Assembly: GCF_003945235.1 (NCBI RefSeq)
Contig: NZ_RSDW01000001.1
Coordinates: 300,001-332,000 of the forward strand
Source: Edaphobacter aggregans
GTDB taxonomy: Bacteria; Acidobacteriota; Terriglobia; Terriglobales; Acidobacteriaceae
Direction of reading: 5' to 3'
Length of the DNA: 32,000 bases
Below, in pieces: positions 8,045 through 15,650 of the stretch. How positions within the stretch are numbered: position 1 is the stretch's first letter; each line of letters starts with the position of its first letter. The translations under genes were made by a program, and so were the position numbers. Below the pieces are notes generated by a model. That model saw nothing but the letters and a program-made list of their open reading frames with translations. It was not told the origin of the DNA and did not search any database.

Positions 8045-9523
8045 ATGCCACTGAAGACATTGTTTCTGAACCCGCCCTCCTTTGAGAACTTTGACGGTGG
8101 TGCCAGCTCCCGCTGGCCCGCTACCCGCGAGATCGAATCTTATTGGTATCCGGTTTGGCTGGCGTACCCCGCTGGCATGCTGGAGGGCTCCAAACTGCTG
8201 GACGCTCCCCCGCACCACGTCTCGGCGGAAGAGACCATCGAGATCGCAAAGGGCTACGAATTTTTAGTGCTATTTACGTCGACTGTAGGCTGGAGCGGCG
8301 ACCATGGGCTAGCACGAGCGATCAAGAACGCTAATCCTTCTATAAAGATAGCGTTCGTTGGGCCGCCGGTCACGACAGACCCGGACCGTGCGCTGAATGA
8401 GTGCGAAGTGATCGACTTCGTCTGTCGGCGTGAGTTCGACTTCTCTGTTGTGGAGTACGCGAACGGTAAGCCACTGAATGAGATCCTCGGCATCAGCTAT
8501 AAGGATGCGAAGGGTGTGATTCAACATAATCCGGATCGTCCACAGGTTGAAGATCTGGACGCAATGCCCTGGGCGACAAAGATTTATGCGCGCGATATGG
8601 ACGTCACACGGTACAACGTGCCGTTCCTGCTGCATCCGTATATCTCCCTCTACTCCACGCGTGGCTGCCCGGCCCAGTGCACCTTCTGCCTCTGGCCGCA
8701 GACGCTCTCGGGCCATGCGTGGCGTAAGCGCTCGACCGATGATGTGGCTGCTGAGATGAAGTGGGCGAAAGAGAATTTTCCTCACGTTAAGGAATTCTTC
8801 TTCGACGACGATACCTTCAACATCCAGAAGGCGCGCACCATCGAACTCTGCGCAAAGCTGAAGCCGCTGGGATTGACTTGGTCGTGCACCTCTCGTGTAA
8901 CGACGGACCGCGACACCTTGAAGGCCATGAAGGAAGCCGGTTGCAGGCTGTTGATCGTGGGCTTTGAGTCCGGCGACCCGCAGATTCTGAAGAACATCAA
9001 GAAGGGTGCGACGGTTGAACGTGCGCGCGACTTCGTGAAGGACTGCCACGATCTTGGGCTGATTATTCACGCGGACTTTATCCTTGGGCTGCCGGGCGAG
9101 ACGAAGGAGTCGATCCGTAACACAATCAACTTCGCCAAGACGCTGGACTGCGAGACGATCCAGGTTTCGGTGGCGCACGCCTATCCAGGGACGGAGTTCT
9201 ACGACTTCGCCAAGCGCAACAACTTCATCACCAACGAGAAGATGGAAGACGGCGGCGGCCATCAGATGGCGCACATTGAGTATCCGGGGCTGCCGACCGA
9301 GTACGTCATGGAGATGGTGCACAAGTTCTACGACGAGTACTACTTCCGTCCGAAGGCCGCGTTCCGCGTGGTGTGGAAGGCCGTTGTGAACCGAGATGTT
9401 CCGCGGCTTTATGTTGAGGCGAAGGCTTTCATGAAGCTTCGTTCCCAGCGTAACAAGGCTGCGCGTGCGAAGCGTGAAGAGAACGCTTTGAAGCAGCAGG
9501 AATCCGTCAGCATGAACGCCTAA
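8045..9523 (+). CDS. hpnJ: Hopanoid biosynthesis-associated B12-binding radical SAM protein HpnJ
   Basis: 492 aa. The N-terminus MPLKTLFLNPPSFENFDGGASSRWPATREIESYWYPVWLAYPAGML matches my memory of the HpnJ family. The radical-SAM cluster motif is CPAQCTFC, with a B12-binding-like N-terminal domain. Sits next to hpnCDE. Confidence 0.88.
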   Translation: MPLKTLFLNPPSFENFDGGASSRWPATREIESYWYPVWLAYPAGMLEGSKLLDAPPHHVSAEETIEIAKGYEFLVLFTSTVGWSGDHGLARAIKNANPSIKIAFVGPPVTTDPDRALNECEVIDFVCRREFDFSVVEYANGKPLNEILGISYKDAKGVIQHNPDRPQVEDLDAMPWATKIYARDMDVTRYNVPFLLHPYISLYSTRGCPAQCTFCLWPQTLSGHAWRKRSTDDVAAEMKWAKENFPHVKEFFFDDDTFNIQKARTIELCAKLKPLGLTWSCTSRVTTDRDTLKAMKEAGCRLLIVGFESGDPQILKNIKKGATVERARDFVKDCHDLGLIIHADFILGLPGETKESIRNTINFAKTLDCETIQVSVAHAYPGTEFYDFAKRNNFITNEKMEDGGGHQMAHIEYPGLPTEYVMEMVHKFYDEYYFRPKAAFRVVWKAVVNRDVPRLYVEAKAFMKLRSQRNKAARAKREENALKQQESVSMNA

Positions 9524-9539
9524 TCGGCGTCGAACCGAA

Positions 9540-9570
9540 GCGGTCAGCCTTCTCGCTGGCCGCTTTTTTC
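9540..9570 (+). terminator. Rho-independent terminator after hpnJ
   Basis: The stem GCGGTCAGC (9540-48) / GCTGGCCGC (9555-63) is 9 bp including one G-U. The loop is CTTCTC and a TTTTTT run follows (9564-69). Confidence 0.75.
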
Positions 9571-9590
9571 TTGAGTGGTGGGCTTCCACG

Positions 9591-10043
9591 ATGAAACATC
9601 GACTTTCTTTGCAGCGCTATCTTGTTCTGCTGGCCGTGATGCTCACGGCGTCGGTGGGCGACACGTTGCTCTCGCATGGCATGACGCAGGTTGGGCCTGT
9701 ATCGTTGCACAATCTTGGGATGCTGTTTGTTGCACTTAGAAATCCATGGGTGATCACCGGGATTCTCTGCTTGCTGGGATTCTTTGCGAGTTATCTAAGC
9801 GCTTTGAGTTGGGCGGACCTTACGTTTGTTCTTCCGGCCACGGCGTTTGGGTATGTTGTGGTTGCCCTCCTCTCACAGTTCTGGCTCAAGGAGTACCTCT
9901 CGATTTATCGGTGGCTGGGCATTGTTCTGATTGTCTGTGGCGTGGGGTTTGTGGCGAATGGGCCATCGCTGACTGAGCATGCGCCACATCCCGGGGCTGA
10001 CATTGATCCGTTGATTGCAAATACTCCGGAGCCAAACGCATGA
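9591..10043 (+). CDS. Small DMT/EamA-like membrane protein, about 4 TM (half-size), paralog A
   Basis: 150 aa and almost entirely hydrophobic, with about four helices. It aligns with the next ORF (VGDTLLSHGM vs AGDVLTAGAM; RWLGIVLIVCGVGFVA vs RWFAAIFVCIGVALLA). Resembles single-EamA-domain / ArnE-ArnF-type proteins. Confidence 0.7.
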   Translation: MKHRLSLQRYLVLLAVMLTASVGDTLLSHGMTQVGPVSLHNLGMLFVALRNPWVITGILCLLGFFASYLSALSWADLTFVLPATAFGYVVVALLSQFWLKEYLSIYRWLGIVLIVCGVGFVANGPSLTEHAPHPGADIDPLIANTPEPNA

Positions 10044-10435
10044 ACGGGCATACCGCTGGGCCTTTGCTTACTTGGGCGACGATTTTGTCGGTCGCGATCA
10101 CGGCTGTGGCAGGAGACGTTTTGACTGCGGGTGCGATGAGGCGGCTGGGGGATCTTGATCTGATTCGCGCGAAGTCCGGCTTGATGGGTGCGATCAAGGC
10201 TGTAGTCTCCAGCCCGATGTTTCTGCTTGGCGTGCTTTGTATGGCACTTAGCTTCTTCACGTTGCTGCTTACGCTGTCGCATGTTGATGTTTCGCTGGCT
10301 GCGCCTGCCAGCGCTTCGCTTACATTTATTGGCAATGCATTCGCTGCAAAATTTTTCCTGCATGAGAACGTTGATCGGCGGCGGTGGTTCGCGGCAATTT
10401 TTGTCTGCATCGGCGTCGCTCTGCTGGCGAAGTAG
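10040..10435 (+). CDS. Small DMT/EamA-like membrane protein, about 4 TM (half-size), paralog B
   Basis: 131 aa. Its ATG overlaps the stop of paralog A (ATGA at 10040..10043). Hydrophobic 4-helix pattern, paralogous to ORF 9591..10043. Confidence 0.7.
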   Translation: MNGHTAGPLLTWATILSVAITAVAGDVLTAGAMRRLGDLDLIRAKSGLMGAIKAVVSSPMFLLGVLCMALSFFTLLLTLSHVDVSLAAPASASLTFIGNAFAAKFFLHENVDRRRWFAAIFVCIGVALLAK

Positions 10436-10443
10436 ATGCCAAG

Positions 10444-11838
10444 TTATTTCGAGAGGAAACGCATCATGCCTGTGGCGGGGCTTTCTGCTGCCATGAAGCG
10501 GTGGGTGTCACCGGTCAGGGCTCCGGCGGCTAGTCTGCCGCTGCGGACAGCGCCTTCCATGGTGGAGGGCCATTCGGTGGCGGTCCAGTCGCCGGCGATG
10601 TAGAGGCCAGTCCATGGGGTGGTTTGCTGCGGCCGGTAGCGGTCGAGTCCGGGGGTTACGGAGAAGGTTGCGCGGGCTTCTTTCAGGACGCTGGTCTTGA
10701 GGAGCTTGGCTTGTTTGGCAGCGGGAAAGAAGGTCTCGAACTCCTGCAGGGCTGATGCAAGGATCGCTTCCCTGCCCATTTCTAGCTCGGGCCAGGAGGC
10801 GCTGATGACGAGCTCAAGGTAGCAGCCACGCTCTGCGGACCAGCGTCTGATGCGCGACTTCGCGAAGACCCATTGGATGCGCGTGTCGAGGAGAACCGCA
10901 TGGTCGAGTCCGATGACGTCGCGGTCGTACCAGAGGTGGACGGTCGTGATAGGCGCGGGGATGAACTGGTCGAAGACTCCGAGCTGACGAGCGGCATCGG
11001 TTGCCGGGGAGGGTAAGGTTGCCAAGAGGTTTCGTGTCTGCTTGAAGTCGCTTGCGAGGATGATGGCTGAAGCGGAGTGGAGTTCGGTGGCTGTTTGGAT
11101 CTGCCAGTGGCCGTCGGGGGTATGCTCGATGCGGTCGACTCCGGACTTGAGTTTGACGGTGACGCCTTGTCGCTGGGCGAACTCCGCTATGGGGGCGAAG
11201 AACTCGCTAAGCGGGGCGGCCGGGATGCCGAGGCGACCGGCTTGTGGGGAGCGTAGGAAGGACTCGTGGAAGACCTTGCCGGCGTATTTGACGGAACAGC
11301 GCTCGAAGCCGTCGTTGAGGGCTCCGACGACGACTGGCTCCCAGAAATGGCGAATGGCGCGGTCGGTCTGGCCGGTTCGTTTGAGCCAGCTGGCAAAGCT
11401 TTCGGTGTCATCGGCTGGGTAGCCACCTAGAAATCTTGCGAGGCCGGTAGCGATAGCGGCCTTGTCCCGCAGGCTGAGCATCGGTGCATGGAGGAAGCTG
11501 ATGGCCTGGTGTGCAGGGGCTGGCAGCCAGCTTGAGCGAAGGAGGGTTCGGCGACCGCTCGGTTCGAGGAAGGTAAGCTCGTCGTACCAACGGATCGTAT
11601 CGGCCATACCTGCCTGTTGGCAGAGGTCAAGGATGTTGGTGCAGCAGCCCAGAACGACGTGCTGGGAGTCGATCGTTTCTTCGAGCGCAGGGTGGTCGTA
11701 GGAGTAGGCTCGGCCGCCGATGTATGGCCTGCGCTCGAGGAGAGTCACCTTGGCGCCCGCTCCGGCTAAAGCTGCAGCGGCAGAGAGACCCGCTACGCCT
11801 CCGCCGATGATGACGACGTCCTGGTGTTCGGAGTTCAT
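10444..11838 (-). CDS. hpnE: Hydroxysqualene dehydroxylase HpnE (FAD-dependent, phytoene-desaturase-like)
   Basis: 464 aa. The N-terminal FAD dinucleotide fold is VVIIGGGVAGLSAAAALAGAGAKVTLLERRPYIGGRA, and the C-terminal amine-oxidase-like motif is GLYIAGDWT. Last gene of the coupled hpnC-hpnD-hpnE series (ATGA overlap with hpnD). Confidence 0.88.
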   Translation of the reverse strand: MNSEHQDVVIIGGGVAGLSAAAALAGAGAKVTLLERRPYIGGRAYSYDHPALEETIDSQHVVLGCCTNILDLCQQAGMADTIRWYDELTFLEPSGRRTLLRSSWLPAPAHQAISFLHAPMLSLRDKAAIATGLARFLGGYPADDTESFASWLKRTGQTDRAIRHFWEPVVVGALNDGFERCSVKYAGKVFHESFLRSPQAGRLGIPAAPLSEFFAPIAEFAQRQGVTVKLKSGVDRIEHTPDGHWQIQTATELHSASAIILASDFKQTRNLLATLPSPATDAARQLGVFDQFIPAPITTVHLWYDRDVIGLDHAVLLDTRIQWVFAKSRIRRWSAERGCYLELVISASWPELEMGREAILASALQEFETFFPAAKQAKLLKTSVLKEARATFSVTPGLDRYRPQQTTPWTGLYIAGDWTATEWPSTMEGAVRSGRLAAGALTGDTHRFMAAESPATGMMRFLSK

Positions 11839-12743
11839 CGCGAAGATATCCGGTTGCGCATGGTCATGCCTGCTCCCTGCGCGAGAATAAACAGCTTCTC
11901 CGGAGTCGGCACGCTTACACGCTGGCTAAAGACGTCGTTGTTTACGGCGCGGATCTTAAGCAGCAGACGGTGATAGATGGTGACGAGTACCCATAGTGCG
12001 GCGCGACTATCAGGATCGATCAAAGGCAGAAGGCGGTCGGCGGAGGCGTAGTAGCGTTCGGCCTGAGAGCCCAGCGAATAAAGGGCCGAACGTTCATTTT
12101 GACGGAGCTCTGCGCCGTCTGCCAGGGCCAGAACGCGGTCGAGGCTTATACCGAACTCGCCGAGTATATCCAGCGGCAGATAGACGCGCCCCCGCTCGGC
12201 GTCTTCTTTTACGTCGCGAAGAATGTTGGTCAGTTGGAAGGCCACGCCAGTCTCTTCGGCTAGCTTTTCGGCGCGGGGATCGGTGTAGCCGAAGATGCGG
12301 ATGCAGACCAGACCGACCACGGAAGCGACCAGATAGCAGTAGCGGTAAAGGTCTTCGAAGGTGGCGAAGGTTTGGATCTTGTTCTCGAGCTCCGGGTGGG
12401 GCTCGAGGTCCATGGTGGTTCCCTGCACCAGCTCTTCGAGTAGAGCGTCTGGGATCGTGAATCGCTTCTGTGTGTCGTTGAGGGCGAGGAAGACAGGGTC
12501 TTCGGTGATGCCGGAGGTTCGTGCAGTGCGCCAAGACTCAACCCACTTTGTCATGACGACGCGGCGCTCAGGGATGGGTAGGGATTCGTCGTCGGCGATG
12601 TCGTCGGCGCGGCGCATGAAGGCGTAGACGGCACACATGGCGTTGCGCTTGTGCTCGGGAAGGACGCGAAAGGCATAGTAGAAGTTCTTTGCCTCGCGTT
12701 GCGCTATGTTGCGGCAGATGGAGTAGGCTTCGGCAGTGGTCAA
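11835..12743 (-). CDS. hpnD: Presqualene diphosphate synthase HpnD (squalene/phytoene synthase family)
   Basis: 302 aa with a TTG start in a TTGA overlap with the hpnC stop. NFYYAFRVLPEHKRNAMCAVYAFMRRADDIADD and the second Asp-rich region NILRDVKEDAERGRVYLP are trans-isoprenyl diphosphate synthase head-to-head motifs. The position between hpnC and hpnE fits HpnD. Confidence 0.85.
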   Translation of the reverse strand: MTTAEAYSICRNIAQREAKNFYYAFRVLPEHKRNAMCAVYAFMRRADDIADDESLPIPERRVVMTKWVESWRTARTSGITEDPVFLALNDTQKRFTIPDALLEELVQGTTMDLEPHPELENKIQTFATFEDLYRYCYLVASVVGLVCIRIFGYTDPRAEKLAEETGVAFQLTNILRDVKEDAERGRVYLPLDILGEFGISLDRVLALADGAELRQNERSALYSLGSQAERYYASADRLLPLIDPDSRAALWVLVTIYHRLLLKIRAVNNDVFSQRVSVPTPEKLFILAQGAGMTMRNRISSR

Positions 12744-13681
12744 CGTGACATCCCCGCGCGAATCTTCGCTCCCAGCGCCCCGGCAAGCAGGCTCAGCTTC
12801 TTCGTCTTCGACACGACGGGCCTTCCGCGCAGGACATCGAAGTCTTCCGCGGCAATACCAGCGAGTATGGCTTCGCCGCCTTTGCGGAAGAGGTCGAGGG
12901 TGACGGAGAGATCCCTGTCGACATGCTTGCTGACGGTTCCACCTTCACGCAGCATCTGGCGGGTGCGGAGGACGAGGTGCTCGACCATGGTGCGGAACTC
13001 AGGGGTGAACACTCGTCCGATGATCTGACCCTCCTCGACGCCGAAGCGCTCCATGGCATCAGCGGGCAGGTAACGGCGGCCACGCTCGGCGTCTTCCACG
13101 ACGTCCTGCCAGAAGTTGGCGAGTTGCAGCGCAGTGCAGACCTTGTCAGAGAGCAGCGCGATGGACTCCTCCTTGTAGCCGCATACCCAGAGGACGAGGC
13201 GACCTACGGGGTTCGCGGAATAGTGGGAGTATTCGAGCAGTTCGTCCCAGGTGTTGTAACTAGTCTTGACCTGATCCATGCGGAAGGCGTGGATGAGATC
13301 GGCAAAGAGTTCGCGGGGCACGTCGCACTCGCGAATAGTCTCGTGCAGCGCCACGAAGACGGGATGCAGGGAACGCTCGGGGGTGTCATAGCACTCGTCG
13401 AGCATCGAGCCCCAGGCGTCGAGCAGGCGCAACGCAGTGCTGGGGTCAGCTACTTCGTCGCCCAGGTCGTCGGCGACGCGGCAGTAGGCGTAGATGCTTT
13501 CGAAGTGGGGGCGTACCTTGTTGGGCAGGAACCAGGTGGCGACGTGGAAGTTCTCGTAGTGCGTGGACGCGAGGTGACGGCACCAGGCCTTCGCCTCATC
13601 AAGAGTTGGGCGCTCAATCGGGGTGAGGTACTCGTGGGGAGCGCCTAGCAGTGCGTGTTGCGATACGGTCATTTCGCTCAC
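12740..13681 (-). CDS. hpnC: Hydroxysqualene synthase HpnC (squalene synthase family)
   Basis: 313 aa. HYENFHVATWFLPNKVRPHFESIYAYCRVADDLGDE and NFWQDVVEDAERGRRYLP match the HpnC pattern (ENF-VA motif). The GTG start overlaps the upstream dehydrogenase stop; an alternative ATG lies at 13672. Confidence 0.85.
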   Translation of the reverse strand: MSEMTVSQHALLGAPHEYLTPIERPTLDEAKAWCRHLASTHYENFHVATWFLPNKVRPHFESIYAYCRVADDLGDEVADPSTALRLLDAWGSMLDECYDTPERSLHPVFVALHETIRECDVPRELFADLIHAFRMDQVKTSYNTWDELLEYSHYSANPVGRLVLWVCGYKEESIALLSDKVCTALQLANFWQDVVEDAERGRRYLPADAMERFGVEEGQIIGRVFTPEFRTMVEHLVLRTRQMLREGGTVSKHVDRDLSVTLDLFRKGGEAILAGIAAEDFDVLRGRPVVSKTKKLSLLAGALGAKIRAGMSR

Positions 13682-14739
13682 TGCGGCACTCCGTCAGGAA
13701 AGACTGCTGTCTTGATATCGCGGGAGTTACGGGTCATCATTCGGGCAAAGACCTCAGGGACCTGATCGAGGCCTACGCGGCCGGTGATGTATTCGGCACA
13801 CTTGAAGCGGCCGCTTGTCACCAGGTCGAATGCCGTGCGGCAGGTCGCCGGAGTGTGGTGGAAGCTGGCCTTCAGGGTGATATCGCCATAGTGGAGACGG
13901 TTGGTGTCGAGCTGCACCTTGGTACCGCTAGGCGGCCCACCGAAGAAGTTGACGAGGCCACCTTTTCGGACCATGTCGACGGCCCACTCCCACGCTACGG
14001 GGGTAGCAACAGCTTCGACTACGACATCGGCACCGCGGCCTTCGGGGGTAAGGGCTCGGGTTGCAGCGATGATATCGCTGACAGCTTCGACCTGGACGAC
14101 CTCACGAGCGCCAAAGAGCTTCGCAGCGGCGATCTGGTCCTCACGCTTGACGACGGCGATAACGTTGACACCGGCCAGCTCGGCAACATGCATGAACATG
14201 AGCCCGATGGGGCCGGCACCGATGACAATCATGGTGTCGCCGGGGTTAGCTGCACACTCTTCGAGGCCGCGAACAACGCAGGCCAGAGGTTCGGTGAGCG
14301 CGGCGTGTTCGAAGCGGACACCGTCGGGAATGTGGAGAGTATTCTTTTCGACAATACGGTCCGGGATGCGGATGTATTCGGCATAGGCTCCGTTGTTGAA
14401 AAGAAGGTCCTCGCAGAGGTTCTGCTGGCCGTGACGGCAGAAGAAGCAGACGTCGCAGGGGGCTGAGTTGAGGGCCACGACTCGATCCCCCTCGCGAAAA
14501 CCTGTAACCCCTGCGCCCACTTCAGCGATCACTCCGGCCAGTTCGTGTCCAAAGAGGATGGGTGGCTTGAGCATCATGGCGTGGTAACCACGGCGGTAAA
14601 CTTTGAGGTCGGTCCCGCAGGTGAGCGCGGCGCGCACCTGGACCACGAGTTCGCCAGGAGCGGCCTGAGGGGCTGCCACCCTCTCCATGCGAAGGTCTTC
14701 CTTACCGTGCAGCACTGCCGCCTTCATCTGAGAGGTCAT
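13678..14739 (-). CDS. Zinc-dependent medium-chain alcohol/polyol dehydrogenase
   Basis: Track ORF 13678..14925, trimmed to ATG 14739 (MTSQMKAAVLHGKEDLRMERV...). The upstream 62 codons are Arg/Cys-rich, unlike MDR N-termini, and run into the mlaE start region. Motifs are FGHELAGVIAEVG (catalytic Zn), CDVCFFCRHGQQNLC (structural Zn) and GAGPIGL (NAD). ATG 14727 is an alternative start. Confidence 0.85.
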   Translation of the reverse strand: MTSQMKAAVLHGKEDLRMERVAAPQAAPGELVVQVRAALTCGTDLKVYRRGYHAMMLKPPILFGHELAGVIAEVGAGVTGFREGDRVVALNSAPCDVCFFCRHGQQNLCEDLLFNNGAYAEYIRIPDRIVEKNTLHIPDGVRFEHAALTEPLACVVRGLEECAANPGDTMIVIGAGPIGLMFMHVAELAGVNVIAVVKREDQIAAAKLFGAREVVQVEAVSDIIAATRALTPEGRGADVVVEAVATPVAWEWAVDMVRKGGLVNFFGGPPSGTKVQLDTNRLHYGDITLKASFHHTPATCRTAFDLVTSGRFKCAEYITGRVGLDQVPEVFARMMTRNSRDIKTAVFPDGVPQ

Positions 14740-14861
14740 CCTTTCTATTTTCTCATTCCGGAGGGCTCTCCGCATCATGGGATGGCACCCTGTAATCCCT
14801 TTATAAACAATGCAATCGCCCGGCGTCGTCCTGCATCTGATACATTGAGCCTGATAACGAC

Positions 14862-15641
14862 ATGTCCTTTGTCTCGCCAGAAGTCTTCGCCAAAGAGAAG
14901 ATCGCCGCCGTGCAGGAGTACTCAATCCTGTCGTGGCGGGCTGTCATCAACATTTTTTCCGTTCCGCGCTACTGGGCTGATCTGTACACACAGATGGACT
15001 CAATCGGGGTCGGTTCGACACCAATCGTGGTGCTTACGGGCTTTTTTACGGGTTGCGTTCTCGCACTGCAGTCCGCGACGTCGTTGCAGGCGTTCGGCTC
15101 GGTCAGCCTGACTGGAAACCTCGTAGCGCTCTCGATGGTGAAGGAACTTGGCCCAGTGCTGACCGGTCTCATGGTCTCCGGGCGCAACGCGTCTGGGATG
15201 GCTTCGGAGATCGGTTCGATGAAGGTAACGGAGCAGATTGACGCGATGCGCGCCCTGGGTACAGACCCCGTGCGTAAACTCATCACTCCGCGGCTCTACG
15301 CTACGATCTTCATGCTGTTTTTTCTGACTATTCTGGCGAACACGTTCGGTATAGCCGGTGGCGCACTGGTGAGTATCGGGCTGCTGGGACTCAACGGGTC
15401 GTCCTATTTTCATAATTCTTATCGCGCACTTGCCTATGGCGACGTCGTTCAAGGGCTCACAAAGCCGCTTTTTTCGGCGTTTATCATCGCCACTGTCGGC
15501 TGCTACTTCGGCATGACCACGAAGGGCGGAACCCAAGGCGTCGGCCGCTCCACGACACAAGCCGTGGTTGTCTCCTCCGTCTTTATCATCATCGTCGACC
15601 TGATCGTCACGCGCGCGATGATCGGCATCTTCGGCAAGTAA
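14862..15641 (+). CDS. mlaE: MlaE-family ABC transporter permease (lipid transport type)
   Basis: 259 aa. YTQMDSIGVGSTPIVVLTGFFTGCVLALQSA...GSMKVTEQIDAMRALG.DP...L..PR is the conserved MlaE/TGD1 signature region, and there are five to six TM segments. Confidence 0.85.
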   Translation: MSFVSPEVFAKEKIAAVQEYSILSWRAVINIFSVPRYWADLYTQMDSIGVGSTPIVVLTGFFTGCVLALQSATSLQAFGSVSLTGNLVALSMVKELGPVLTGLMVSGRNASGMASEIGSMKVTEQIDAMRALGTDPVRKLITPRLYATIFMLFFLTILANTFGIAGGALVSIGLLGLNGSSYFHNSYRALAYGDVVQGLTKPLFSAFIIATVGCYFGMTTKGGTQGVGRSTTQAVVVSSVFIIIVDLIVTRAMIGIFGK

Positions 15642-15650
15642 CTCCAAACC

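Noticed and set aside
8309-9589. 426-aa ORF on the minus strand, plus similar long shadow ORFs at 2192..2854, 2966..3685, 6124..6750, 6865..7557, 12923..13648, 13651..14466, 15000..15647, 20538..21335, 25280..26131 and 29560..30291.
   Set aside because: Each lies antisense to a gene with strong family motifs (hpnJ, recJ, TPR/tolC, hpnC, ADH, mlaE, TBDR, RND, OMF). Their translations are Arg/Pro/Ser/His-rich low-complexity strings typical of off-frame reading of high-GC DNA.
14740-14925. 62-codon N-terminal extension of the dehydrogenase ORF (MSTPARRRSSLWRRLLARQRTCRYQ...).
   Set aside because: The Arg/Cys-rich sequence is unlike MDR N-termini. It overlaps the mlaE start (14862) and the divergent promoter region. 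The conserved MKAAVLHG opening begins at ATG 14739/14727.
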